From positions 269,491 through 333,490 of the forward strand of contig NIVC01000048.1 in the NCBI GenBank assembly GCA_002269645.1: a DNA stretch of 64,000 nucleotides, read 5' to 3'. This document shows positions 1 to 13,470 of this stretch, piece after piece; the stretch's first letter is position 1, and each line of letters begins with the position of its first letter. A program made the translations under genes and the position numbers. The DNA is from Macrostomum lignano (Eukaryota). The notes beneath the pieces are model-generated. The model worked only from the letters and a program-made list of their open reading frames with translations. It was not told the origin of the DNA and made no database searches.

Positions 1-2043
1 TGGTGGCAGCGCTACTTTACTACTGAGAGTAACACAACTAGCAATTCTCGACGAATTACGAGTTTACGGTGTCTGAGGACCCATTCTGAACGACTCGGGC
101 CGCTACTAGACCGCTCGACTACGATTACGACTACCCTCCCCCCGGAATTGAGGACCCGGCAGACGGAGTATCCAAGGAGGAGAATCAACGCATCAATTGC
201 ACAATTTTCCGGCTTTACGTGCCGACGACAAACCCAAATTTTATTCTCCCAATTTCAAATTTTCTTATTATTTTCTTCACCACCCCCACCTCAAATGATG
301 ATGGAGTTTGCAAAAAGATGGCCTAGGCCTATCTGTACAGTACTGGGTTATGTACGAAGTTGCGAACAAGAGGTCAGTACAGATACAGCCTTAGATGTAA
401 TTTAGCCGGCACCCATATAGACGGCCATGCCCATAGCCAACCAATAGCCATTATGATTATGACAAACGATCGAATTCATTTATTCATTATTCCACTACTA
501 TTGCAACTACTACTACTAGCCATTACATTATTAGGCCTAGCCGCCTACTGCCTTCCCGCCTACTAGGTTTATGGCTAATTTACACGGTAGTGCATTGTAT
601 TGTAGTACTGAGTTGTACTGTATTGTAGCAGTGCAAGTGTGCAACTCAAGAGTGACTAACTAGGGCTACTAACCAACTGTAACTGTCTATTTAGAAGGAA
701 TCATTTTTGCTATTTTTGCTATTTTTGCTATAGCCAGTGTCTGCAATTTATTTTTCTTTATGTATCTGTAGGCCTAGTAGATAATTCTGAATTGTTAGAA
801 CAAAAGTGGTTTCTTATCTGGGGGAAACAAAGCAAACCTAGGCCTAAAAAGTAAATAATTAGGCATTGGAATTTTGTTAAACTTTCACATTTGCAAAACA
901 AAGATGAAAGATTTTTTAAGTAAAAAAAAATAGGTTGTTTATATTATAAAAAATAATATAATGACTTTTATATATTTTTTGTTGTTAACAAAACCTAATC
1001 TTTTGTGAATTTTGTGATCTATATATGATATTGATAGGCATTGAATAAACATAGTTAAATGATTTAATTGTCAACTATAAGTTACTAAAATAAAATAAAA
1101 TTGCAATGCTATTCTTAACATTTTTGGCCTATAGTAACTGAAATATTCTTATAAATGATAGTCTTAACCATAACTATAGACAATTCCATAGTTTATACAA
1201 GTATTATAATAGTGATATAAGCAGCCCAAAAACTTGGAATTTTGTTAAAATTTCACATTTGCAAAACAAAAAAGTTAGCTAAGTTAAAAATGGCCTATAT
1301 AAAGCACTTTACAAGGATAAAAAGATAATATTTGTATATATTATGCAATTGTCTCTGGTTAAAACTTGTTTAAGACTTTCAATTACTGTGGGTGAAAAAT
1401 ATTTTTAGAGTAGCATTGAAATTTATTTTTATTTTAGTAATTTATATTATATTTGATAATTAAATTATTAAACTGTGTTGATTTAATGATAGGCTAGCAA
1501 GAGCATTTTTTGGGTTGCTTATGAATTATTCATAAACCTATTAATTATCAACTTTATATCTTTAACTACTAATAATCAATTTATTAATTTAAAAAGTTAT
1601 AAATGGTTTGTAGGATGGCTAAAATTCCAATTATGGGCAGCTTATCATCTATATATTATTAGTTATATATTCTATTTAAAGCCTTAAGCTTATATTATAT
1701 AAAATGCATAAAATCTTTTTTTTGGATTCTGATTCCAGTTTTGCTAAGATCCTAGGCCTACATATATAAGATTTTAGTATATTGAGTCATTTTGCCACAA
1801 CTCATTTAGTTCAAATGAATATGCTATACACAGGTGTGCAGAGTAGGAATGCTTGGTTACTGGGGTGGAGCACAGGTGTGCCCAGGGTAGGAATGCTTGG
1901 TTACTGGGGTGTAGCACAAGTGTGCTGCAATAGGCAGGGGACATGCATGGCTGACTTGATGGTCCATGACAAGCAAATCCCTAATCATGTGTCAAATTTC
2001 AGCAACTAAAAACATCCTGCAAACTGAAACACTCAGAGTCGCC

Positions 2044-3815
2044 ATGCCTCAAGCGCACCAGCAACAGCGCCGCCGCTCGCACCAGCAGCAGCAGCAGCGT
2101 CACCAGGGCGCCTCAATGACAGCTAATCAGTTTTTCCAATCAGAGCATCAGCGCTCAGCCACCAATCCCGGATATGCTGCCGACGATCTTGACAATAATA
2201 GTTCCAGCGATGATTCAGGACCAGGTGGAAACTGCGCTGCTGAAGCCGCCGCCAGCGGTGGTGGCGCATCGTCCAGTCACCGGTGCAGTCACGCGCACTC
2301 ACATTCACACGGAGGCGGCAATGGCAATCCTCAGTTGCCAACCCAGCAGCAGGTGTCTCTGATGGGTGTAGCTTATCAGTTATTACCTTTGGCGCCGTGT
2401 CTGATATTGGTTGTGCTCAAACTGCTGCAGTTTCACAGCACCGGTCTCATGATGTTCTGCGGCCTGTATGTCACCTATTTCTATGCTAATTCTCATCTGG
2501 TCACCTTGGTAACTGCTGGTAGACGCGAGGCTCGGACTATTGTTAACCGAATTGGCGCTGCTTGGCTAGCGGTTGCTATGACAACCTGCGTTGCCGGGGT
2601 GTTGTATTACTATCGAGGTATGTCGCTGTGGCGATGCCTCTGCTGCCTGCCGCCTCTGATGCCTTCGGGCGGGCCAATCGACTTGTGGACTTTGACCTTT
2701 GTGCTCACCAGCACCGACCTGCTGCTCAAGATGGGACTCATCGGCGTGAAGGTGCAAATGGCAGGGTCTCATTGAGGGTGGGCAAGAGGGTAGCAACGGG
2801 TATCTAAGGCTACGGAAGAGGGTAGCAACGGGTATCTAAGGCTACGGAAGAATGTAGCAACGGGTATCTAAGGCTACGGAAAAGGGTAGCAACGGGTATC
2901 TAAGCTAAAAAGGAGGGTAGCCATGGGTATCTGAGGCTAGGATGGAGGGTAGCAACGGGTATCTAAGGCTTGGGAAGGAGGGTAGCAACGGGTATCTAAA
3001 GCTAAGGAGGAGGGTAGCAACGGGTATCTAAGGCTTGGAAGGAGGGTAGCAACGGGTATCTAAGGCTAAGGAGGAGAGTAGTAACGGGTATCTAAGGCTT
3101 GGTAGGAGGGTAGCAACGTGCCTCTGAGGATGTGGAGAGTAGGAACCAGGTAATTATCCCTTACTTAGTTGCTCCCATATACAATTTTGTATAAAAAAAT
3201 CCCCCTCAGGCCGCAGTTGTCATGGCAACCACGGGCCCAGGCGTGTCCCGGCTTGGCCGCTGTCGGGTACTCATAGCCCTGGAGCGATTCTACCATCTCT
3301 ACCGCATGCTGCCTCCGGTGCTGCCGTGGCTCACTGTGCTGACTGACGGCTTTGCTGACAGCAGATTCTACTGCACCCTGCTGACTGTGCTGTACACCCT
3401 GTGCAAGCTCTGGCACTCCTGGCGGGTGCTGTCAGTCAGCCTGCCGCCGCTAAGGCTGGCTCTGTTCTCTAGGGATCTTGGCGTTATTGGAGGCCGAGTG
3501 AGTCAGCAGCAACAGCAGCAGCAGACTCTGTCGGGTTCCTCGCAGCAGCTGGAAGGCTGCCCACTGTGCCACGAGTCACCGATGGAGCAGCCGGTGAGGC
3601 TGGCCTGCTGCACCCACGTGTTCTGCGAGGACTGCGTGCTGCGGTGGCTGAGCTGCGCCGGCACCGCCCGGGTTTGCCCTCTGTGCAGGGTCGGCTTCGC
3701 CACTCTGCCAGCCATGGCCGCCGCCGCCGCCGCCGCTGCCACCAACGGCGACTCCGAGGCTGACCCGTTGAAGTACATGAACGGCAACACCTGCTTCGGG
3801 TTGCAGATGTACTGA
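2044..3815 (+). CDS. RNFT1: RING finger and transmembrane domain protein (RNFT1/RNFT2-like E3 ligase), 2 exons: 2044-2751 and 3210-3815
   Basis: Hydrophobic TM helices in exon 1. Donor AAG|GTGCAA at 2751/2752 and acceptor ccctcag|GCC at 3209/3210 join in phase 0 (GVK-AAVVM). Exon 2 has LERFYHLYRMLPPVLPWL and a C-terminal C3HC4 RING (CPLCHE..CCTHVFCEDC..CPLC), the RNFT family layout. Paralog assignment and start codon are uncertain. Confidence 0.82.
2776..3120. repeat. ~32-bp minisatellite (gggtagcaacgggtatctaaggct...) in the RNFT intron
   Basis: About 10 visible tandem copies. Confidence 0.9.
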
Positions 3816-3899
3816 TAGCTCTCTAGTAATTTATTTGCTGCGTTTTTTATTGTCTTGTCTTTCCGTTATTCAATATCTCTGCGTGTCTGTGCGAAGAAG

Positions 3900-4490
3900 C
3901 TCATTCTCTACTCTCATCCCCTCTCATCCCCTCTAATCCCCTCTCATTCCCTTTCATCCCCTCACATCTCCTCTCATCCCCTCTCATCCCTCACATCCCC
4001 TCTCTTGCCCTCACATTCCCTCTCATCCCTCCCATCCCCTCCCATCCCCTCTCACCCCCCTCATCCCCTCACATCCCCTCATCCCCTCTAATCCCTCATC
4101 CCCTCACATTCCATTCCATCCCCTCTCATCCCCTCTAATCCCCTCATCCCCTCATCCCCTCACATCCCCTCATCCCCTCTAATCCCTCATCCCCTCACAT
4201 TCCATTCCATCCCCTCTCATCCCCTCTAATCCCCTCTAATCTCCTCATCCCCTCTAATCCCCTCATCCCCTCTCATCCCCTCTCATCCCCTCTAATCTCC
4301 TAATCCCCTCATCCCCTCACATCCCCTCATCCCCTCTAATCCCTCATCCCCTCACATTCCATTCCATCCCCTCTAATCCCCTCATCCCCTCTAATCTCCT
4401 CATCCCCTATAATCCCCTCATCCCCTCTCATCCCCTCTCATCCCCTCTAATCTCCTAATCCCCTCATCCCCTCTCATCCCCTCTTATCCG
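3900..4490. repeat. C/T-rich low-complexity repeat (atcccctctc-type units)
   Basis: Directly visible. Confidence 0.9.
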
Positions 4491-5274
4491 CCAGTTCTGT
4501 CCCCCTGTCTCGTTGTTGCTGATCAGCAGTCTGAACGCATACAGAAAACGAATTTTAGTTCCTATATATAAAAAACTCCAACACTGCTCATTCCCGCTTT
4601 GAAAAGTTATTTACGCTACATATCGGCATACTGTTTTAGTCCAGGCCACGCGCGCCAGTGCCTTGTGTGTGAATTTATTGTTCTAGGGTGTCACACAGAT
4701 AGGGCCTTGATGTTCTTTTCCTGTCTCTGATGCCCATTGTTTTACCCATATGCCTTGCACTTTAATTTGTGTAAATGATAATATTCAATTGCTGCTGTAT
4801 GTTTTGTTTTTCGTTTTCAAAACTCCTTGGATCAGCTACTGACGCTGCCTCTACTAAGTAGTTGGTTGCGCTGATTGTGCAAAATTTTATTTTGAAAACA
4901 TAACTTGGAATGAATTAAAAGTAAAAAAATATAATATATTTCAGTTTTGAGAATCTGGCTGTCAATGATATAAAAAATTTGCTAAAGTCGGTTTAGTTTA
5001 TTTTTTGTCGTATTTTCTAGAAGAGATTTTTAGCGTTAACAAGATTGTTGAAAGTACGAATTTTTATTTAGTAGCACTACTGCAAGTAGTTTAATATCTG
5101 GAAAAATCTACAATTTTTATTTGTAGATTTGGGCAGAATTGCCGTCAACGCTAGGGTTGAGGGACGAAGGCGACTACTACTATGAGTAGTTTAAATTTCT
5201 TTTTAATTCAAAACTTGATCTTTTAGCCCTACTATAAGTAGTTAAATATCACTATATATTTCCTGCTAATTTAA

Positions 5275-8200
5275 ATGCTACCTCTAAAGTACTCGATTCT
5301 CGTGGCGGCTCTGGCATTCGGTCTGGCTTACTGGCTCAACTACCGGCACCAGTTGCTAGGGGAGCAGTCCGCCCAGCATCTGGAGCACATGCGCCTAGTT
5401 GCGAGGCAGATGGCGGTGGCTGAGAACTATTCTTTGTCAGCCTTGCGTCGGCCTAGGATTGCCGTTGGATTAGGCGCGTGCGTTGATATTGTTATCTCGG
5501 CTAACGATTTCTGGTCGATATTCGATTCGAAAAAATTGGCCGAACAGGCGCCAAAAGAGGGATTCGATAATTATCCAGAGCACTTGAGGAGCATGGCCGA
5601 GTTTAGGCAAATGTTTGGCTTCTTTTTCAAGCAGGTGAGGCGAGTTGCTTTTTAATTAGCGTAAACGTTTGTTAGCTATTTAGAATTTTATCCCTATGGA
5701 TCTGTATGCCGAGTTTTTTGCTTCAGTCAAACTCTTTAGTGCCATTTAACATCCTTGTCCGAATTTCATTGTGGGACTTAATTGCTACTGTCTTTTATAG
5801 TGTAAGTCTTGGATGAATTGCCATTGTCCATGGCCTTGAGTCCGGAATATAATTCTTTTGTCTAATGCCATCGAGTCCTGAATAAATTGCAACTGTCTAT
5901 GGCCGTCAGTCTGGAATAAATTGCAATTGTCTATGGCTTGAAGTCCAGAATGAATCGCAAATGTCTATGGCCTTCAGTTTAGGATGATTTTCGATTGTCT
6001 ATGGCCTTAAGTCCAAAATTTATTGTAATTGTATGTCTATGGCCTGAAGTCCAGAATGAATCGCAAATGTCTATGGCCTTCAGTTTAGGATGACATACAT
6101 TGTAATTGTATGTCTATGGCCTTAAATCTAAAATGGATTGCAATTGTCTATGGCCTCAAATCTAAAATAGATTGCAATTGTCTATGGCCTTAAATATAAA
6201 ATAGATGCAATTGTCTATGGCCTTCAGTCTGGAATAAATTGCAATTCTCTATGGCCTGAAGTCCAGAATGAATCGCAAATGTCTATTTCCTTAAGTTTAG
6301 GATGATTTGCGATTGTCTATGGCCTTAAGTTTAGGATAATCTGCGATTGTCTATGGCCTTAAGTTTAGGATAATCTGCGATTGTCTATGGCCTTAAGTTT
6401 ATGATGATTTGCGATTGTCTATGGCCTTAAGTTTAGGATAATTTGCGATTGTCTATGGCCTTAAGTTTAGGATAATTTGCGATTGTCTATGGCCTTAAGT
6501 TTAGGATGATTTGCGATTGCCTATGGCCTTAAGTTTAGGATGATTTGTGATTGCCTATGGCCTTAAGTTCGGGATAATTTGCGATTGTCTATGGCCTTAA
6601 GTTCAAATGGATTGCTTTTTTCTATGGTTTTAAGTCTAGAGTTAATTACTATTGTCTATGGCTTTAAGTCCAGAATGAATTGCAGCTGTCTTATGACAAC
6701 ATATATCGGATAAATCTTTACAATAATTTTAGGGTGCAGCGGCTGAGCGCTACCTTGAAAACCAGGCAGTTTTCTCCGACATCATAGCCAGATTAAAATC
6801 GGCCTCGAATAGCGTTGCCAGGCGATTCTCTCTGGGTGGCAACGCGCCCACTATGGCAAATAGACTGGCTGGGGACGGGGCAGACGTGTTGCTAGGGGCG
6901 ACTCTGACGCCCGAGTATCGGGCCGCCCTCCACCGCAGGGTGATCCTTACTGGCATGGACGAATCGGTGGATTATCACGTTAGCGTCGAGTACGAAGTTG
7001 GCGACGAATGGTCCGGGGTTCGAGCCCCTCGTGCTAATCGATTCATATTCCACAGAGATCAAGGGAATTCGCGTCTAACTAGCCTGCCAGACTTCCGGTC
7101 CAGCCTCACAGCCTTCCGCCCAGATGTTCTGGTGATCGGCGGCCTGCAGCTCATGGACGGCATCCCTTACGCCAACTCCAGTGAGCCAGAGGCGCTGCTC
7201 TCCAATCTGGGCGGCTTCCTGTCTGAGCAGACTCAACCGTTGATTCACTTTGAGATGGCATCGTTTGCGGATGCGGACATGCTTAAGCTGGTGATTAGGC
7301 ACGTGCTTAGCAATGCAGACTCTGTCGGACTTAACGAGCAGGAGTTGCCAAATCTAGTTAGTGTACTGGAGACTGGCAAGCCTATTGTGCTGTCCGCTGC
7401 TTATCCCCGGGTGGCAACTATGCTGGACTTGATGCGACGACTGTACGCTGCGCTCAGAGACCTGCCTGGTAAGGAATATTTACTTTTGACGGGAGGAGGG
7501 GGTTGGTGCAGAATGGCTAGGGAAGGGCAGTTAGTGGAGACGGCTAGGGTAGGAGGGTTGGTGCAGACGGCTGGGGGAGGGGGGTTGGTGCAGACGGCTG
7601 GGGGAGGGGGGTTGGTGCATACGGCTAAGGAAAGGGGTTGGTGCACACGGCTGGGAATAGGGATTGGTGCAGACGGCTGGGGAAGGGGGTTGGTGCACAC
7701 GGCTGGGAATAGGGATTGGTGCAGACGGCTGGGGAAGGGGGTTGGTGCAGACGGCTGGGGAAGGGGGTTGGTGCATTCGGCTGGGAATAGGAGTTGGTGC
7801 AGACGACTATGGAGGGGCGTTGGTGCATACGGCTGGAAAAGGGGGATTGGTGCAGAATGGCTGGGGGAGGGGTTGGTGCAGACGACTGGAGAGGGGCGTT
7901 GGTACATACGGCTGGGGAAGGGGTTGGTGCAGACGACTGGGGAGGGGGTTGGTGCAGACGACTGGGGAGGGGGTTGGTGCAGACGGCTGAGGAGGGGTTG
8001 GTGCAGACGACTGGGGAGGGGTTGGTGCAGACGGCTGGGGAGGGGTTGGTGCAGACGGCTGGGGAGGGGTTGGTGCACACGACTGGAGAGGGGTTGGTGC
8101 AGACGGCTGGGGAGGGGTTGGTGCACACGGCTGGGGAGGGGTTGGTGCAGACGACGGGAGGGGTTGGTGCAGACGGCTGGGGAGGGGTTGGTGCAGACGG

Positions 8201-9172
8201 CTGGGGAGGGGTTGGTGCACACGGCTGGGGAGGGGTTGGTGGAGACGGCTGGGGAGGGGTTGGTGCAGACGACTGGGGAGGGGTTGGTGCAGACGACTGG
8301 GGAGGAGTTGGTGCAGACGACTGGGGAGGGGGGTTGGTGCAGACGACTGGGGAGGGGTTGGTGCAGACGACTGGGGAGGGGTTGGTGCAGACGACTGGGG
8401 AGGGGTTGGTGCAGACGACTGGGGAGGGGGTTGGTGCAGACGACGGGAGGGGGTTGGTGCAGACGACTGGGGAGGGTTTTGGTGCAGAATGGCTGGAGGA
8501 GGGGAGTTGGTGCAGAATGGCTGGAGGAGGGGGGTTGGTGCATAATCGCTGGAGGGGGGAGGGGGTTGGTGCATAATGGCTGGAGGAGGGGGGGGTTGGT
8601 GCATAATGGCTGGAGGAGGGGGGAGGGGGTTGGTGCAGACGACTGGGGCAGGGGTTCAGACGGACAGACGGACACAAACACAGTTTTGTTTTTATAGGTA
8701 TGGACAATTTTGAACTGGTACTCATCGATGCCTGCTCGTATTCCCTGCAGGTGGTCGCCACGTGAGTCGTATCCACCTGCACACGCTGGGCTTCCAGGCC
8801 ATTCTCACTCGATCCAATTCCCGCTGGGTGAATTCTCGCTCAGCGGCAGCCAGGGCTGCCCTGGTTGCTCACCGGTTCACCTGTTCCGTGCCCGACGTTG
8901 ACGTTGACCGAGCCAAGCTGCTCATGGATGACAGCTTCGCTATCAGCGAAATGCCCGGCGCTTTTCGGCGAACTTTCAACGCCAGCGAGCCGGTCAGCTG
9001 CTGGACGGAGCCGGTAGCGCCTGGAGCCGATGGTCGCAGCCAGTCCAGCGAGACGCTGGCTCTGTGCGTGGCTCCCGGCCTGGTGTGCACCCGGGTGCGC
9101 CAAACCGGCGGCGCTGGGGACAACATCTCGGCTGCCGGCCTGTCGCCGCAGGTGGACCCGACTGGGGAGTGA
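5275..9172 (+). CDS. ADPGK: ADP-dependent glucokinase, 3 exons: 5275-5634, 6733-7468, 8751-9172
   Basis: N-terminal signal anchor; motifs IAVGLGACVD, GAAAERY, GGNAPTMA, HFEMASF, DSVGLNEQEL, RIHLHTLGFQA, TGGAGDNISAAGL (ribokinase-fold GxGD). Junctions CAG|GTGAGG / ttag|GGT (phase 0) and CTG|GTAAGG / ccctgcag|GT (phase 1) keep frame. Confidence 0.92.
5785..6695. repeat. ~34-bp minisatellite (ttgtctatggccttaagtttaggataatttgcga) in ADPGK intron 1
   Basis: More than 20 degenerate tandem copies visible. Confidence 0.88.
7493..8655. repeat. G-rich ~24-bp minisatellite (ggggttggtgcagacggctgggga) in ADPGK intron 2
   Basis: Directly visible; it generates spurious long ORFs in several frames. Confidence 0.92.
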
Positions 9173-9197
9173 TGGGGACACTTGCTTTGTGTCTAGA

Positions 9198-9198
9198 A

Positions 9199-9257
<59 letters not shown>

Positions 9258-9280
9258 GCCTGTCTGCCTGTCTGTCTGCC

Positions 9281-9325
<45 letters not shown>

Positions 9326-9468
9326 TTCTGTCTGTGTGTCTGTGTCCGAAGGTTTGTCTGTCTGTCGGTCTGCCTGTCTGTCTGTGTGTCTGTGTGTCTG
9401 TCTGTCTGTCTGTCTTTCTGTCTGTCTGTCTGTCTCTGTCTGCCTGTCTGTCTGTCTGTCTGTCTGCC

Positions 9469-9517
<49 letters not shown>

Positions 9518-9530
9518 GCCTGTCTGTCTG
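9198..9530. repeat. (TCTG)n microsatellite
   Basis: Directly visible just after the ADPGK stop. Confidence 0.97.
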
Positions 9531-9929
9531 TAGTTCAATATCTCTATCCTTTCGATATCCTTGGTTGTTGGAATTTAGAGCCAAAATAATAAACACGCGA
9601 CGAGGTTGGGCCGTGCTAATTATTCTTCTTCAACTTGCTCACCTGTTAGTGTCTGCCGAAAGCCCCCTTAGGCTCTTGTTTGGCATCTGTCTGTATTCAC
9701 AAATTTTTTCAAATAATGTGATTTTGGGCGATTTTAATTACTTACTTTATTGGCTTTGCCAATTGTTTTTATTATTTTTATTCCGATCTCTTAATGCACT
9801 TCTTACAATTTATAATGGCATTTTCCTTTCTATGCAATGTCCTAAATACAATATAGACATAATTGTAATCGATTTAGCAAAAATAGTTGGTTCCTTTACT
9901 TTTATGCCTCCATTCCAATACACACCTCT

Positions 9930-10380
9930 TTGTACGCATCTTTCAGAGCCACCTTTACTTTCCTCGCCCCTTCGTACGCTTTCTCTAGACCCACCCCTCC
10001 ATTCCTCACCCATTTGTACGCTTTCTCCAGACCCACCCCTCCATTCCTCACCCATTTGTACGCTTTCTCCAGACCCACCCCTCCCATCCTCATCCCTTTG
10101 TACGCTTTCTCCAGACCCACCCCTCCATTCCTCACCCCTTTGTACGCTTTCTTCAGACCCACCCCTCCATTCCTCACCCCTTTGTACGCTTTCTCCAGAC
10201 CCACCCCTCCATTCCTCACCCCTTTGTACGCTTTCTCCAGACCCACCCCTCCATTCCTCACCCCTTTGTACGCTTTCTTCAGACCCACCCCTCCATTCCT
10301 CACCCCTTTGTACGCTTTCTCCAGACCCACCCCTCCATTCCTCACCCCTTTATACGCTTTCTTCAGACCCACCCCACTCC
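9930..10380. repeat. 42-bp minisatellite (ctttgtacgctttctccagacccacccctccattcctcaccc)
   Basis: About 10 tandem copies. Confidence 0.92.
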
Positions 10381-11134
10381 CAGGAGTCATTAAGCACTTA
10401 GTTTTACGGTATAAGTTTGTATTTATTTAATAGTATAATCTAGTAGGTATCAAAACTATGGAATAAGGCTTTGATTAGGTTTTGAATTATTGATTTTTAA
10501 TACTAGGACTGCTTTAATTAGTCTTAATCTACTCAGTCTAATCTGCATTAGTGTCTTAAATTTTGCTATTTAACATTGAAATTGTTCCTAAGAGTGCTGA
10601 ATTAAAACTCTGCCTTCTTAGTTCTTTTGATATACATTTTAGAAGACATTGTTGCACAGATCTGTTGAACTTTTGTCCGCACTGTTTACTTAGAATGCTG
10701 TAGTAGTATAAGTAGCTAAATGTCATATTTAGTGAAAAATTGACTGAAATTGTCTAAAATTTATTTGTCTTTTCTCTGGTGAAATCTTGACTTACCTGCC
10801 TTGGTAATTGGTAGCAGATTGTGCTTTGATTTTTTGCAATGCGTTTGACAATTGGACAGAACAGATTTTTTTATTAAATGTACTTTTGACTGTGGTTAAA
10901 GCGTTGTCGTTGTAGTAGATTAGCTAATTTTATTTCCTGATTAAATTAGTTTGTCTTATTATTTTAACATGGTATGCTGGAATAAACACCTTTGCAATCT
11001 GTTTTTAAAGAACTGTGTTTCTGCCAATTAGTTGTTGATCCCATTTGTTTCTTTCTGAAGTTTAAAATTTCATTTTGAAATTGTTGGACAGACTTCGGGC
11101 TTGATTTGAATCTGATTAAATTCTACAAATCTCT

Positions 11135-11690
11135 GCAGCTGGCGCCCCCTCCCTCTGTAGCTGGCGCCCCCTCCCACTGTAGCTGGCGCCCCCTCCCTCT
11201 GTAGCTGGCGCCCCTCTTTCCTTCTGTAGCTGGCGCCCCCTCCCTCTGTAGCTGGCGCCCCCTCCCTCTGTAGCTGGCGCCCCCTCCCTCTGTAGCTGGC
11301 GCCCCCTCCCTCTGTAGCTGGCGCCCCCTCCCTCTGTAGCTGGCGCCCCCTCCCTCTGTAGCTGGCGCCCCCTCCTTCTGTAGCTGGCGCCCCCTCCCTC
11401 TGTAGCTGGCGCCCCCTCCCTCTGTAGCTGGCGCCCCCTCCCTCTGTAGCTGGCGCCCCCTCCCTCTGTAGCTGGCGCCTCCTCCTTCTGTAGCTGGCGC
11501 CCCCTCCCTCTGTAGCTGGCGCCTCCTCCTTCTGTAGCTGGCGCCCCTCCCTCTGTAGCTGGCGCCCCCTCCCTCTGTAGCTGGCGCCCCTCCCTCTGTA
11601 GCTGGCGCCCCCTCCCTCTGTAGCTGGCGCCTCCTCCTTCTGTAGCTGGCGCCCCCTCCCTCTGTAGCTGGCGCCCCCTCCCTCTGTACA
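11135..11690. repeat. 21-22-bp minisatellite (gctggcgccccctccctctgta)
   Basis: About 25 tandem copies. Confidence 0.93.
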
Positions 11691-12414
11691 TTTTATAAAC
11701 CCAGAAAAGAAATTGATGGCAATGCAAATCAAATGGTATTTAAGAAATCTTTGCATATAAATTGATACAATTGACGTACTTGTAACTCAGCGGCAACGTG
11801 CGCAACTTTGAATCTCACTGATGGAAACTTCGTACGCATTTGAGTACAGATTCAGTGAATCGAAGCATTCAGTGCCTTAATTTTGCGTGCGGAATTATAG
11901 CTGATGCATGAGGCTAAGAAGCTGTGTTGCTTCTCTCAAAACTCATTCGGGCCACCCGCAAACAATGAACCGGTAGTTGACTGCACCGACTTCCTGCTTG
12001 AAGATTTCCGTTACCAAGCCACTCTGGTAGAACTTGCTTCCTTAACAGCACAACAGAATGAAAGCTTAAGACAAAGACAGTTCCTATTTACTGCACCGGA
12101 ACTGCTAGCAAAGTCGCAGTAGCAAGCCCTTCTTTCTGGTTAAGCTCCAGGGACACAGTTCCTTCCTTTGACGGAATTTTTTTTTTATTTGTAGCTATTA
12201 TTCTGGCATGTGAAATCGATAAAATTGCTGTGAGCCCCGTGTGGAAAACTTGTCAGTTTTAGCTACTTATTATGAGACTGTGGGCGTTTACTTAACTCTA
12301 GTAAGTTGCTTGAGCAGGCCTTGGGAGGTAAGATTTTACTGCTTTGGATGGTATCCTATCCTCAGGGTAAAATGATGTTTCGATGAAGTTTATTGTGAAG
12401 TTTCAAAGGACAAA

Positions 12415-13470
12415 TGGGTTAGTGCAGACCGCTGGGGAAGGGTTTGGTGCAGACGGCTGGGGATTGGTTTGGTGCAGAATGGCTGGGGAGGGGTTTGGTG
12501 CAGAATGGCTGGGGAGGGGTTTGGTGAAGACCGCTGGGGAGGGGTTTGGTGCAGACGGCTGGGGAAGGGTTTGGTGAAGACCGCTGGGGAGGGGTTTGGT
12601 GCAGAATGGCTGGGGAGGGGTTTGGTGCAGACAGCTGGGAAGGGGTTTGGTAAAGACCGCTGGGGAGGGGTTTGGTGCAGAATGGCTGGGGAGGGGTTTG
12701 GTGCAGACGGCTGGGGAGGGGTTTGGTGAAGACCGCTAGGGGAGGTGTTTGGTAAAGACGGCTGGGGAAGGGGGGTTGGTGCAGAATGGCTGGGGAAGGG
12801 GGTTGGTGTAGAATGACTGGGGAAGGGGGTTGGTGCAGAATGGCTGGGGAAGGGGGTTGGTTGGTGCAGAATGGCTGGGGAAGGGGGTTGGTGCAGAATG
12901 GCTGGGGAAGGGGGTTGGTGTAGAATGACTGGGGAAGGGGGTTGGTGCAGAATGGCTGGGGAAGGGGGTTGGTTGGTGCAGAATGGCTGGGGAAGGGGGT
13001 TGGTTGGTGCAGAATGGCTGGGGAAGGGGTTGGTGCAGAATGGCTGGGGAAAGGGGTTGGCGTAAAATGACTGGGGAAGGGGGTTGGTGCAGAATGGCTG
13101 GGGAAGGGGGTTGGTTGGTGCAGAATGGCTGGGGAGGGGAGTTGGTGCAGAATGGCTGGGGAAGGGGGTTGGTGCAGAATGACTGGGGAAGGGGATTGGT
13201 TGGTGCAGAATGGCTGGGGAAGAGGGTTGGTGCAGAATGGCTGGGGAAAGGGGTTGGTGCAGAATGGCTGGGAAAGGGGGTTGGTTGGTGCAGAATGGCT
13301 GGGGAAGGGGGTTGGTTGGTGCAGAATGGCTGGGGAAGGGGGTTGGTGCAGAATGGCTGGGGAAGGGGGTTGGTGCAGAATGGCTGGGGAAGGGGGTTGG
13401 TGCAGAATGGCTGGGGAAGGGGTTTGGTGCAGAATGGCTGGGAAAGGAGGTTGGTTCAGCCGGCTGGGAG
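12415..13470. repeat. G-rich minisatellite (ggggttggtgcagaatggctgggga), same family as in ADPGK intron 2
   Basis: Shares the core ggttggtgcaga..gctgggga with 7493-8655. Confidence 0.92.

Noticed and set aside
7469-8697. ADPGK ORF apparently extended ~410 aa through a Gly/Trp-rich region
   Set aside because: This is intron 2: canonical splice sites restore conserved ADPGK sequence, and the extension is a translated minisatellite.
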